Shown here in pieces: positions 38,949 through 50,962 of a DNA stretch of 64,000 bases (its first letter is position 1; every line of letters begins with the position of its first letter). The notes beneath the pieces were generated by a model. That model was not told where the DNA came from. It ran no database searches and worked only from the letters and a program-made list of their open reading frames with translations. The DNA is taken from contig NC_090326.1 of the NCBI RefSeq assembly GCF_035084215.1, forward strand, positions 67,828,001-67,892,000, written 5' to 3'. The position numbers were made by a program, and so were the translations under genes. The stretch is from Heptranchias perlo. Lineage: Eukaryota.

Positions 38949-39183
38949 AAAGTAAGGTAGATTCCGTAGCCACAGACTTAACCTTGCCGTAAATGTCTCC
39001 CTCTTTGGTTCCCAACTAACAAGTGTATCAGTCTTTTTTCCCACCACATTTAGTCCAGAACTGACAAAGGAATAGTTTGTGCTAATGGCGTGACAAAATG
39101 TTCATATAGTCTTTCTGAAGCAGGGCCTATTTCGATTGTAATTGTGAATTAGTCCTTTTTTCGCAAAAATATTCTAATTCGTG

Positions 39184-39425
39184 TCACCGGTCGTCTTTCG
39201 GTCGTTCCTTGTTGATTTTTTTCATCTTCATCCTCCTATTCTGAAACCAGATTTTAACTTGTCGTTCGGTAAGGTTAAGGACCCTGGCAACCTCGTATCT
39301 GCGGTCTCTTGTGAGGTACATATTAAACAAGAATTCTTTTTCCAGCTCCAACGTCTGATGTTTGGTATATGGGCAGCGTTTTTTTCTGGTAGACCTTGCA
39401 TGCAGCCAGTTGGTGGAAGGGTTAT
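39184..39425 (-). CDS. HOXA9: Homeobox protein Hox-A9, exon 2 (homeodomain)
   Basis: Acceptor TTTACAG ends at 39426; translated by hand as (N)[79 protein letters not shown]. This frame is missing from the ORF track. Confidence 0.96.
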
Positions 39426-40116
39426 CTGTAAATATAAAGGACGCACATTTAATATATTTCCCTTTTCATGTTAGTCAAATATTGTAACATTCTCAGAATC
39501 AAAACAGCTTTACGGATAAAAGAGAGCGAGGGAGCCCTGGATTAATGACGCTTGTTGCTATACTTTTATCTATGTTTGCACAGAGTATTAGCCTCTTATA
39601 CGCATCGTCTTGCTCAATGAACAAATTCAATGAATAGAGTACAGAAATTAGTTAGAAAACTGTAAAGTTGTGGCGATTTGTTAATGAAACACGTTAATAA
39701 TTCAAAACAATTTAGTACCCAGTAAAATGTTGCCTGCTTGTGTTGTATATTATGTGCATTTTATTTGTTTATCCACTAGTCTAATCTCCAGCACAATTTG
39801 CTTGCACCAGATGCACTTGAATTATCACTAATTACTCAATCTCTCCCCTTTCTCTTCTATAATGAAAGGATATTAGGATAGAACATATACGATTTTTGCC
39901 CATAGTAGTGTCTAAAATGTACAGCACAAAACCGTGAACAAATGACACAAATCTATTTTTAACTGCATAATCTAAAATAAATAACGCAAAACCGTAAACA
40001 GGTCTGTGGATTTTGTTTCGCCATGTAATGAAGAATAAGACAGGAATATAAAATAGTTCGAATTTATAATCCATATCTAGAAAAGTAATAGAAAAATTTG
40101 GGGTCTCCACACTTAC

Positions 40117-40657
40117 TTGGATCCATGTGTAGCTTATCAGCGTTTGACTCAACCTCTCCATTATTTTCAGAAAAGGAAACCTCGCTCACACGTTTGTCGC
40201 CAGGAGAAGTTCCACAAGTATATTCTGATAGGGCTAACGTGTGTGTTTCAAACGTGGTGCAGTCACTCCTGCGGGCAGCTACAGGCTCAGGTTTGATGCC
40301 GTAGTGTCTACTAGAAGGTAACCCGGCGAAGGACAGGGTTCCCGGCATGGGATCTAGCCAGGAGCGCATGTACCTACCATCAGGCGCGGCGGTAATAGGA
40401 GCCTGGTGCATGTATGGGTGATAAACAGTGGGTAGATTGGCAGAGCTCTGAGCATGAACGGGGCTCCAGGAGGTGCTGAACACTGTGGCTTTAGACTGGA
40501 AGCTGCATGGAGAGAAGTCGGGGTGCTCAGCAAGGGCTGCCTGCCTGGAAGACTGAGCCAGTGGACCCGACGCATATCTAGACGACAGCAGATCCTCGTT
40601 CTCATGCATTATAAGGGAGTCGACATAATAATTGCTGATAGTCCCTGATGTCGACAT
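40117..40657 (-). CDS. HOXA9: Homeobox protein Hox-A9, exon 1
   Basis: First ATG at 40657, MSTSGTISNYYVDSLI; DGRYMRSWL and HYGIKPEP motifs; donor A|GTAAGT (GT at 40116). Spliced CDS is 783 nt (260 aa). Confidence 0.97.
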
Positions 40658-40699
40658 TCTCGGCAATGACACCGCAAGCTCCTCTGAAAATATGAAAGA

Positions 40700-40800
40700 G
40701 CAGATTTCAATGTAACAACTTACCGCCCGGACAAGTACAGTCTGCTAATATGGTGCAGACGCACTTCCACGCCATTGGATAAGTTACCCACGTGATTCAA
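40700..40800 (-). promoter_or_regulatory. HoxA9 core promoter and probable TSS (~40720)
   Basis: CACGTG (40789-40794), CCAAT (40774-40778) and AGTTGTTACA (40720-40711), which matches the recalled 5' end of mammalian HOXA9 mRNA. Confidence 0.6.
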
Positions 40801-43800
40801 AAAACAACAATAAAATATAAATCAATCCGCAGCTTGTAACAGGGTCAATCTTTTATAGTCATAATTTTATATAGCAACTCCATATGTTTTTTATGCAAAG
40901 GGATATAATCACCTCTATATAGGGAAGCTGTTTTCATTGTTGCCAGCTGAGATGTAAAATAATATTCCGTTGCAGTTCTTTTTTAAGGGGACTATTTTAT
41001 ATCATAATCAATCTTCCCATCAGATGCTCGTTTTTTTTAACGAACACCTTATAATCGTTAACCTTCACATAAAAGATTATGGAAAGAGTGAAACTATAAA
41101 CTACAGAAAAAACAACGAAGAAAGTGATTGGACGGGTATTTATTATTCATACTTAGTAAAACTAAAATTAAAAGCGCATTCCTAGCAAATAAAAATAATT
41201 AACGAAGTTTTAAAGGGTGCCTCTGAGAAGTGGCGTGTGTACCTGCTGCTGCTCGAGATCTTTCATTTTTAAAATGAGACGCGCATAAAACACACTGCGA
41301 CAATCTCCGTTTTATAACAGTTTGAGCAATAAAACGAAATGTTAGCAAACTATAGCCGTTCCAAAAAGGCTATTTACCAACAATAAACCATAATTAATTA
41401 CTACTTCCGCATTCAACGTGCTATTTTGCTTGACAGATGCAGATACACGGATAAAATGTTTTTCTTCGCAAATCGAGCAGCTCTACCATCTTTCTCTTCA
41501 GATTCGTGGACTTTTTGTTGCATTCACTCACTGGCGGATTCTGTAGACAGTAAATCGGAAAGCTTCCCCGCACAGACGGTATTTGGAAACCCAATCTGTT
41601 ATATGGTTAAGATATGTTCCTTTCAATAGCAAATAAAAGCAAACGGTTAGATATATAAACAAATATAAAACATAAGAGTCGTATTTCCATGCAATTAGAT
41701 GGTATCCTTAGTGGTGGCTGCATTTATCAACTTTATTACAGATTTATCGGCATATTAAACATTCTAGGTGCAACTAACTACTCTGTCTCAAAAACTCAGT
41801 AGGCCTTTCCTCTCACACGCACACTGTCTATACAAATAGATATGTGTATAACGATGAACGGTTTTAGGTAGTTACATTGAAAAACAATAAATAGGATGTA
41901 ATTCAGGGGGCCAGTATCATGGTTTGATCTAATTTAAAGTAAATGAACTTGCAATGATACCCTTTTTATCAAATTAATAAAATAACTCCAGAAACAATTC
42001 ATAAGATCCGTTAGTGTTTTTTTTGTTGTTGTCATCTCTCGCTTAGAATAATTTATCATTGCTATTTTAATATGAAATGTTTTATAATACGTAGACATTT
42101 CAGACATCAGTGCATTTGTTTGTATAATTTGAGCGCACGGGTTTCACTGAGCACAATGATAATATTACGCTGTTATGTTTCATTGTGCTGCTCTTTTAAA
42201 ACATATTTGAAGTATGCTGTATCCCAAAATCTGAAAGAGAGTTGACAATAGTCATTCCAGTCAAATGAAACTTACCCCAGTTTTTAAAATGCTTCGATCT
42301 TTGAAGACAAACAACAATGTGATTTGGTTGCTGGACCATGTAGGTTTGCAACTGAGCCTTGTTGTTTTATTGCCTGTTTTATATTTCTTCATGATTATGT
42401 TATAATTTATATATGAGGGCATCTTGTTTATTTCTGCTACAGAAAACTTAATTTAAAAAATACCTTTGGTGTATCTCGACTCGAGCAAACAGCGTAAAAT
42501 TGCAACGCCTTTCTCCAAAATTATCGTGGAGTACTTGAGCTGTTGTGTGGATCAGATAACACAGAAATACCCATTAAACAAAGACAATTATCAGATCTCA
42601 CATTAAACCAACATGCTGTAGCCGTCGTGTTGAATCGCTGCCCCCCCACCCCCCCACACACACAGACACACAGGCTGTATAAGCCCTCCGTTTAAATCCT
42701 TTACATATAACTGAAATGCAGCTTCCTTTTCTCGGTGTTTGGGCTCTTTTTATCTGGATCTTTCTCTAGATTTCTGTGCATTTCCCTTTGTTTTTTTGGG
42801 GGGGAAGGAGGGGGCGGGGATATTCAGCCTGTCGCCTGCGCGCCAGCATTGAGTATCTGGTCAGCGGAGTGTTACAGCCACTCTAGCTGAGTGCTGAGGT
42901 CTAGAGCAGAATCGAGAACCATTCAAGTCCAGTGTTGAGCCTCAGAAAAAAAACGTTTTGTGTTTCCTGTGCAGATGGCCTGAAATTAGGATTCAAATGT
43001 TGATGCTATTTTAACAAAGCGAAACCACGGTGCTCTGAAACTGCACTTCGCTTAAAAGAGCCGTTCGTCCAATTGAAATTAAGTTTTTTTTGTCAAGAAA
43101 ATATATAAAAACAACCAACCATTAAACCGCCTAGAAGAATTTAACTACAACCTTGGAATGTGTCGCGTCTTGCCGTGATACCTAAAGATTTATAGTTTTG
43201 TACGAAATGCTTGATTTTAAATGACATTGTTGAGTTCGTTACAAATAGCATCGTGAATTCTCAATCTCACATGGATCATTTTTTTCCCCAAAAGAGATAG
43301 TTACGAATTTTGGCGACTTGACCGGTTTAGATTTTCAGTTTAGACTTTTGTTTGAACGTTCAACACAGGAAGCTCGTATGTTATTTGCAAGTTGCAGCTT
43401 TCAGGCTAGGAAATGAAAAAATTAAACAGGGAAATAAAATCCTTTAAGATGTAAATTCACCCAAGGTCGCAAAAGAATTATTATCATCGTACAAAATCGG
43501 AACAGGTTATTCAACAACATTCAGAAATACAATAGTGTATTCATTCTAATTTTAAGACACATATTTGGGTAACTGAATCTATCCTGTTGTCATTGTATAG
43601 CAAGGCGAGTGGAGCAAGGATAAAGCGAAACTGCTTTTTGTGCGCTGTTTTGCGTTGGCCTTATGAATATTTTAAACTTGGAAATTATGATTGTTACAAA
43701 TAAATAATAAAATATTTTATTAATTCGTGCAACTTTTACAGCAGTTGAGAGTTCCGTCAAAAGTACGGTACTCGCATTCATTCACAAACCGTGTTTAATA

Positions 43801-46397
43801 CTTTGCAGAATTCCCCAGCCAAGTAGGATATTCATTGAATACACCTTGTAGCCAGAAACACTTGGCAAAAAAATTTTACAAATAAAAGTTTAGTAATATT
43901 ACAATATTGGGATAAAATTGGGTGATAACATTTTCAAGGTAGAAAACCCTCACCCTCGAACTGCGAAATATTGGATTTTCTAATTGTATTATTTAGAATA
44001 AACTATAAAACCTGACGCCTTTATTTCCGTTCAGATAACATCTGCGAGAAGATGCAAAGCCAATTTGTGGGCATGCAGTGTGCATGGACGACAACGTGTT
44101 CAAAGTGCTTTAATCGCTTTGGTGTCTTCTTGACGTATACTGTATGACTTGGCAAAGATTAACAAAATATATATAAAACGTAAAATAAGACTAATCAAAT
44201 CATGGAGACGGCTGCACGAGAGACTTCAAAATTGGCCGTACCGGTCCCGTGACCACACTCAAGGGCTTAGTTTCAGAAAAGTCATGGCTGGAGATATTCT
44301 AAAAGACCAAACGTTATATTGGGGTGCTGCTTGTTTACGAAAGATTCAGGCACTTTTTAGTTTATCTGCACCAGTCTGAAATTAAATACTCAATTTAAAA
44401 CGGTGCCGATAGACCGCATGCACTGCATTTTAAAAGCCAACCTATAATTTAACATTAAAGAAGGGAAGTACAAAGCTATTGCAGCTTCTCTATTTTTAAA
44501 GACTATAAATCATATAAGACCTGGGAAAAGATTGCAAGCAGCGCACAAATAATAAAATTCGAGGTGTAAACAGAGTGGTTTTGAAGCAAAAATATTTTTT
44601 ACCATCAGGTTTGTCAAAACAAGATAAGGAGGAAATGCAGTCAGTTCGCATAGTCGAAGCACATTTGACTTCAGAAAAATTATTCTTTTAATATTGTCTA
44701 AATAAAATACCTTATTCAATTTACTCAGAAACGTAATAATTAAACAAAAATTCCCGACTTCTTGCCAAAGTGTATTTTATACCTATACTCAGCAAAGGAA
44801 CGGAAAGACGTTTAGCTAAAAGGATGAGCTGGTTTGCATTTTTAACAGGGCCTTGCTGTTACCAGAAGTGATGTTTTGAACAGCACAAACTTGACTGTCC
44901 TTTTTCTTTGTGGATCTTTAAACCACGCCGAAGATAGTTTTCAGGTGGTACAGTCGTATTGGGATAGCATCGCCCTTCGATTGTATAACAGCGCACTTTT
45001 TCCGGAAGCTATTCTTTTGTGCTAAAGAAAAAAAATCAAGATAAATGTTTCTGACTCGCGCAAAATGTCCTTTTACAACACGCCGTACATTTAAATATCT
45101 AATAAAACGGGTTATAGAATTTAATATTGTATATGAGTTTTTATAAATTTTATTTGAAGCAAATATTTGTAGGATACTTACCAAGGTAATTTAAAAGCGG
45201 TTATTTGGACATTTGGAAAACTGTATCTAAATACAATTCCTGTTACAAGTGCTTTGCATTCTCTCGGTTAATCTGCTGTATTTATTTTACCATGGGTAGT
45301 TTACCAAATACATATACGTTATATGAAATTAATTTAATTCTGCATTCATAAGATTGCAAAAAACTACCCTGTTGCAATACCTATGTTGTATAATCACGTT
45401 GATTCCTCGGTTTAAAATGTTTTCATTCCAAACGGACGCTCAAATTAAATAACTGGACCAACAGAATAAAGTGCCATGGTGTTTGTTTACTTGCTTTGCT
45501 TAGATTAAAGCTTCTGTTTGTCTCGTCGAAACAGCTAATATAATGGGACAAGTCTGCTTTCTGTGTTTAGTCTAGTTTCCTGCAGAGGCAGGAGTCACCG
45601 ACCGAACAGCGTTTCCACTACACTCCGCCGAGGTCGCTGTTTCCAAGAACAAAACAAATTTACGCGCCCAGGCGCCATGTAATGATCATAACCGAGGCCT
45701 TGTGCCTTTCAAGTAATTTCTTTGTCTTGCACATGGTACAATACATATGCTGAAAACACGTATCCTAAATCACTTGGCGCAGTCCCTTCTTATTTCCGAT
45801 TTTCACCGGGAATTATAACATTAGCCATGTACAGAATGCAATAAAGAAATATGTGCCGTTTAGGCGATGATAAAATATTTATCACTAACAAAGACAAAAT
45901 CTGCAATGCATCGATTACGCCGCTGTGCAGATGAAATTGCAGTTATCTGCAGTAGGATAGTGCCGACCAACATCAGTGTTTTCAAATAATAATTCAACAG
46001 TACAAATATATTGAGAGGAAATCTAAATTGATTACATATTTAATTTAAACGTGAACTTGATCCTTCTTACGAAAAATAGACAAATCTGGTGTAAAACATA
46101 ATATTTATGAAATCCCAATTGACAACAACGTTAGGAAAACATGGCCCAGTGCTAGCTTGCAAAAAAATAGAAGGCATTCTGCTGTTTAAAAATTATTTCA
46201 CGAAGTTGCATTAATTTTTTAAAAAACTTGTCTAAGGAATAGTTGCCATTTCTTTTTATAAAACATTGTTATTTCTGTCACAAAAAGTGCCAATTTACTG
46301 TTGACCATATCAAACCAAAACCTTTTACTTATTCGTGGTTATTGAGTAGCTGCGGTTTCTTTCCAAACCAGCGACAGAACTCACTGGCGAAGACGAT

Positions 46398-46481
46398 AAC
46401 TGCAGTAATTCAGGCAGTTTCGTGTTGTAGAGATAGACGTGAGCCCCAACAACATGAAACTACCTAAATCACACATCAGTT
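46398..46481 (-). ncRNA. MIR196: miR-196 precursor hairpin (HoxA-cluster copy, positional orthologue of mir-196b)
   Basis: Mature UAGGUAGUUUCAUGUUGUUGGG at 46466-46445; the 3p arm CUACAACACGAAACUGCCUGAA (46430-46409) pairs with it; lies between HoxA10 and HoxA9. Confidence 0.97.
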
Positions 46482-47569
46482 CTATCTCAGCTCTTTAGAT
46501 TCCTATCACTGTACACACAGGGATAATCTAAATGCACATTCAACAAGCTTACTCAAATAGAAAAAGTACAATCATTACGCTTCTCGTCACAGTTTACCAA
46601 AAGCGAAAGGCACTCCTTTAACACACAATATTGTGGGTCCTTGAAATCATTTCCCAAATAATTCAGCTTTTTGCGTTTCAGGCCGAATTTGTATTCAAAT
46701 GAATAGATTGAATTGCAAATTCAGCACGAGAATAATTGTTAGTTTCCCACTAAATATGGCGGGTTCTTTATTATCTCTGTGCAGGATTTCACGCGATCTG
46801 AATGCATGTCATTCACTCCGGTAATGATAAGCCATAGCAACTTGTCTGCACTGCAATAATCACGAGTTCAAGGTTTGTCCGAAGAAAAGAACTAGTCAGA
46901 TGACATAGTATATGGAGATGTCTTTTCTTTTTCTCTTCTCCTCCCCCCCCCCCCAAAAAAAAAATAGACGATATAGTAACTTTAACTTTTACTTACTAAC
47001 AGCTATGTTTACATTTTAAAATATATTAAAGATACAAGGTTGTTAGAAATAACCTCTTACCTATTAGTTTAAAATATCGAATAATAGGCCTTAGCATTCG
47101 TTCTTCTTACAGACCTCACCTTCATCGTAAATGTCTCCAGAGGTCTTATCTGCTGGCCCTTTTCGATTCCTCACACTCTTCTGATTTTTGCCGATTAAAA
47201 GATCTGGAGTGTATTGTGCTCAAAGAAAATCAATTTCCTACATCCGAGCGGTGCTCTGCTTCCTCTGTCTTCGTGGCTGTTCGCTCAACTGAAACCACTC
47301 GTCCAAGACAGCAACAACTCAGATATACTAGCAAGTCATAAAACTCAACAAAAGCCGACAAACGTTACAGCACCATTGCTATATAGCCCAGACAAATTAC
47401 GACCGTCTAGGTAATATTTAAATGGATTGCAACGGTAATTGCCAGTCTTTAAACCCACCATTCCTGCTATAAACTTCCTTAACAGATAAGGTAAGAAAAA
47501 AACCCGAACACAAAATGAAGTAAAAACAATGTACATATACCTATCTCAAAGGACTCCGAAGAAATACGT

Positions 47570-47575
47570 TTTATT
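47570..47575 (-). other. Candidate HoxA10 polyadenylation signal AATAAA
   Basis: tttatt on plus, about 700 nt after the stop codon. Confidence 0.4.
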
Positions 47576-48278
47576 CGTCTTTCATGAAAACACAAGTTTT
47601 TGTTAACGTACACAGTGCAGCAGCAATAGGACTGACAGCATAATCTGAGTCCTCCAGTAAGAGTATTTCATCTTTTCAAACCCAAATGAATCAATTCTAT
47701 TTGCTTTTGTTTTCTTCTAAAAGTGAATCGACGGCAGTGAATAAAAGGTCCGACAGTCTACTTTTTGTTATGTTTGCAAAAATGTTTCACATTTAAATGT
47801 GCTCTGATGCCTCCGTTCATGGTATGTGATATCTTTATGTAACAACACATTTTACAGCATATTCACATTTAACTTCTATCAACATGTCAGTATACGGTAG
47901 TTACTTCTTTTTGGAACTATTTTAACAGCATGGGTCAACTGTATTTAAACATTACAAAGTTTGATTTACTTAGCTGATAATTGGTAATTAGCACAATTAA
48001 AAGATTGTTGACATGTTTTTCCCCCGCAGTTGTTTGGAAAAATCATCAAACAGGGCGATAAGTTCTGTGCATGCCTTGCTTATCAATGGCAACACATTAT
48101 TATAGTTACAGAAACAGACTACCGCCACAAATAAAAACAAAACACATAAATCGTAAATATCTACAACCAGCACAAGGCTGAGAAGTCAGAGGTAAGTGGA
48201 AAAGTTTTTAGTCTTTCAGTAACACTAACACAACTTCCCGATGTCCCGTTAAAATCTGTAAACCAGTGTTTGTATTTA

Positions 48279-48553
48279 TCATGAAAAGCTGAAGTTTGCT
48301 GTGAGCTCTCGGATCCTGTTCTCACGGTTCATTTTCTTGAGTTTCATCCTGCGATTTTGAAACCAGATTTTGACCTGTCTGTCAGTCAGGTGGACACTGC
48401 GGCTAATCTCTAGGCGACGCTCTCGAGTCAGGTACATGTTGAAGAGAAACTCTTTCTCCAGCTCCAGGGTCTGGTGTTTGGTGTAAGGGCATCGTTTTTT
48501 TCTGCCACTCTTTGCAGTCAGCCAGTTGGCCCCGTTTTCAGCTTTCACTTCTC
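48279..48553 (-). CDS. HOXA10: Homeobox protein Hox-A10, exon 2 (homeodomain)
   Basis: Acceptor TTACTAG ends at 48554; (G)[90 protein letters not shown]. Confidence 0.97.
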
Positions 48554-48564
48554 CTAGTAAGTAA

Positions 48565-48660
48565 AGGGGAGAGAAAGAGCGAGAGAACGAGAAAGAGAAG
48601 AGAGATAAATAGAGAGAGAGTCGAGGTAATAAATGAACAGAGAGAAAGAGAAGAAAGAAA
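48565..48660. repeat. GA-rich low-complexity tract (extended polypyrimidine tract of the HoxA10 intron)
   Basis: About 95 nt of purine-rich GA repeats on plus, immediately upstream of the acceptor on the minus strand. Confidence 0.7.
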
Positions 48661-50036
48661 ATGTATCATGTTTCGTCATATAATTTTCAACAGGAACCTA
48701 CTTGTGGTAGGCTGGGTGCTTTTATCTGTACCATTCACAGCACAGTACAGTATCACTAAATACTATAGGTAGGTTATGAAATAGATGAAATGTTCCATCT
48801 TTTCAATTTTCAATTTGCTGTTTTGATCCTATGGCACTACACTTTAGTCAGTATTGTACAATTTACCTTCTTCTCAGCACGTTATGTGCACGTCCACATG
48901 GAACGTAAAAAGAACATATTTTCAATTACTTCATGACTTAAACGAGTTATTGAAATACAGAGCTACGTTGTGTAAAAGTGAGCTGTAGATGCATTTAAAC
49001 TGAAGACAAAATCAGTTTCAAACCTCCCTTTTGATTCCGTTAGATTTTTTTAAAAAACGATTGTTAAGATTGTTATGTACTTGGGGTGACACTGTCTGTT
49101 TGGTTTCATTTCATTCGACAAGAATCTAGTTCATTCCCCTTCTTAGTATGTTTGAATAATGTCTTCACAGTTAGTTATCCCCTGAAAGTGAAATTTTAAT
49201 GCAACAATAGGTAAAATTCAATCTTTTGCTTAGCACAGTAGGCGTGTCTTCCCCTTAGGTTTCATTTCCAACTTTTAAGTTATCAGCTTTGTTTCTCGTC
49301 ATGTTTCATACCAAAAAAATGTGTTCATCTATTTCATTAGTCTGAGGAAAATTAAGCAAAGCTTTTCGTTTAAATAAATAAGTCCAAATGAGACAGATTG
49401 AAATATTTTCCTCTTCGCTGGAATGTTTAAAAATCGTTGCTTTATCAATACCTCATTGTTTCACTTTATTTGAAATTTTTTTATCAAATGTTTTCTTCAG
49501 AAGTTCGTTAGTGTTCAGACTAAAATTTTCCACAGCGTGTCAATCTTTCTGTGATACCTCCATGTAGTTGGCCACCTGGGCTTCGGACGCAGCAAAAACT
49601 TGCTAACGACTAAAACTGATGTATAATTTCAAATTTGATCTAATTATTTTTTTAAAAATCAGATTAGTAATAATGCTGCAGTGACCAAATAGTATCAAAC
49701 ACCTTAAAACAAAATCTGGCAGTGGCATCCTTTAGCATTTTGAAAACTTTTCTATTTTTTTTCCAAATATTTTTTCTCGAAAGGCGCGCTAGATCATAAA
49801 ACATCACTGGGTTCCTTTGAGTATTATTTATTGGCTGTCCTCTGTTTACTTTGGACCCTGTGTGCAAATATGTCCTTCTATGCGGTACACTTAAATAACT
49901 GCAGAAAGGATTCGTGGTTTGTAACTTAGCTGACAAGTTTAGAATGTGGCTACAATTGACTCCGGAGCGTGGGCTCGTGCTATAAACTACAGTAGGCATT
50001 AATTTTTACAGCATAGCTCACGCCCAAAAATAAAAA

Positions 50037-50050
50037 AGTTCACAAGGTCA
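50037..50050 (+). promoter_or_regulatory. Perfect DR2 nuclear-receptor element (RARE-type) in the HoxA10 intron
   Basis: AGTTCA-ca-AGGTCA, about 100 nt from the donor, next to Hox/Cdx sites at 49790-50010. Confidence 0.6.
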
Positions 50051-50151
50051 GAATAAACCCCCCTTTGTTACGCTTGTTGGCTGTACCTGCCACGTCTACC
50101 CGTTTCTGAGTGCTGGCTCTATGAATCCCCCTCTACCTTTTATTTACCTAC

Positions 50152-50911
50152 CTTTTGTTTCTTTCTCAGGAGTGTTTTTGCTGCTTTCTGAGGGGACTGG
50201 AGACGACTCTTCGTTCGCTGAAGAAGCCGGAGCCTCTGCTTCTTCTCTTGCCGAACCGCAGGTTAAATGACCGGGGGATGTCCCTTCACTTCCTTTTCTC
50301 CCCAACTCAGTCGGGGTCGAAGCTGAAGAAGGGGGAGTTCCGAAACGGATCTGGGACTGGGGCACGAATGGAGAGGCCCCAACCTGCCCCGTGTTGTTAT
50401 AAAGTGTCTGTTTGGATGTCGGATAGGCTTGGGACAGACGGAAATAGCCAGGGACAGGAACCCCGCCGCTAGTAGTAGTGTCACTATTGGAGCACGATTC
50501 TGATGTTAGCCTTGGGAACGTGGAAAGATCTGTTGCTGCTGCGCTTTTGGGGCATTTCTCAGAATCATATAAGCAATATGCATTCTCTTCTTTGATATTC
50601 TGGGGGAAGGAACATGCTGCTACTTGCTGGGTTGCAGGTTGCTCCATGCGACAGGACCTGGGAGGATCTGACCAGACCTCCATCCCGCTCATGTAGGGAT
50701 GAGAAGTCAGAACCATACTCTGAGAGTTGTTCTCGCTGCGTTTGCTCAGAGATGGGAAAAGTCCACAATTCTGGATGCCGTAGGACAGATCAGAGGCAGG
50801 CGGCAGGTACACGCTGCTGTTGGGGTAATAGGTTCCTTCCCCGCCACGGCCCACGCTGATCAGAGAATCTACTAAAAAGGAGTTTGCAGCCGGGCTGTCT
50901 GAGCATGACAT
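50152..50911 (-). CDS. HOXA10: Homeobox protein Hox-A10, exon 1
   Basis: MSCSDSPAANSFLVDSLIS N-terminus; NIKEE..YCLY and VPVPGYFRLSQAY motifs; donor G|GTAGGT (GT at 50151). Spliced CDS is 1035 nt (344 aa). Confidence 0.97.
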
Positions 50912-50950
50912 TGTTGTGGGGTAATTTGGCGAAAGCAGAAGATATCCAGT

Positions 50951-50962
50951 TCAGGCTGACAT
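50951..50962 (-). other. Minimal in-frame uORF (Met-Ser-Ala-stop) in the HoxA10 leader
   Basis: ATG TCA GCC TGA, 51 nt upstream of and in frame with the main ATG. Confidence 0.6.

Noticed and set aside
40684-40723. GTAAGT...TTTTCAG mini-intron in the HoxA9 leader
   Set aside because: Only 40 nt, below normal vertebrate intron size, and the donor overlaps the probable TSS.
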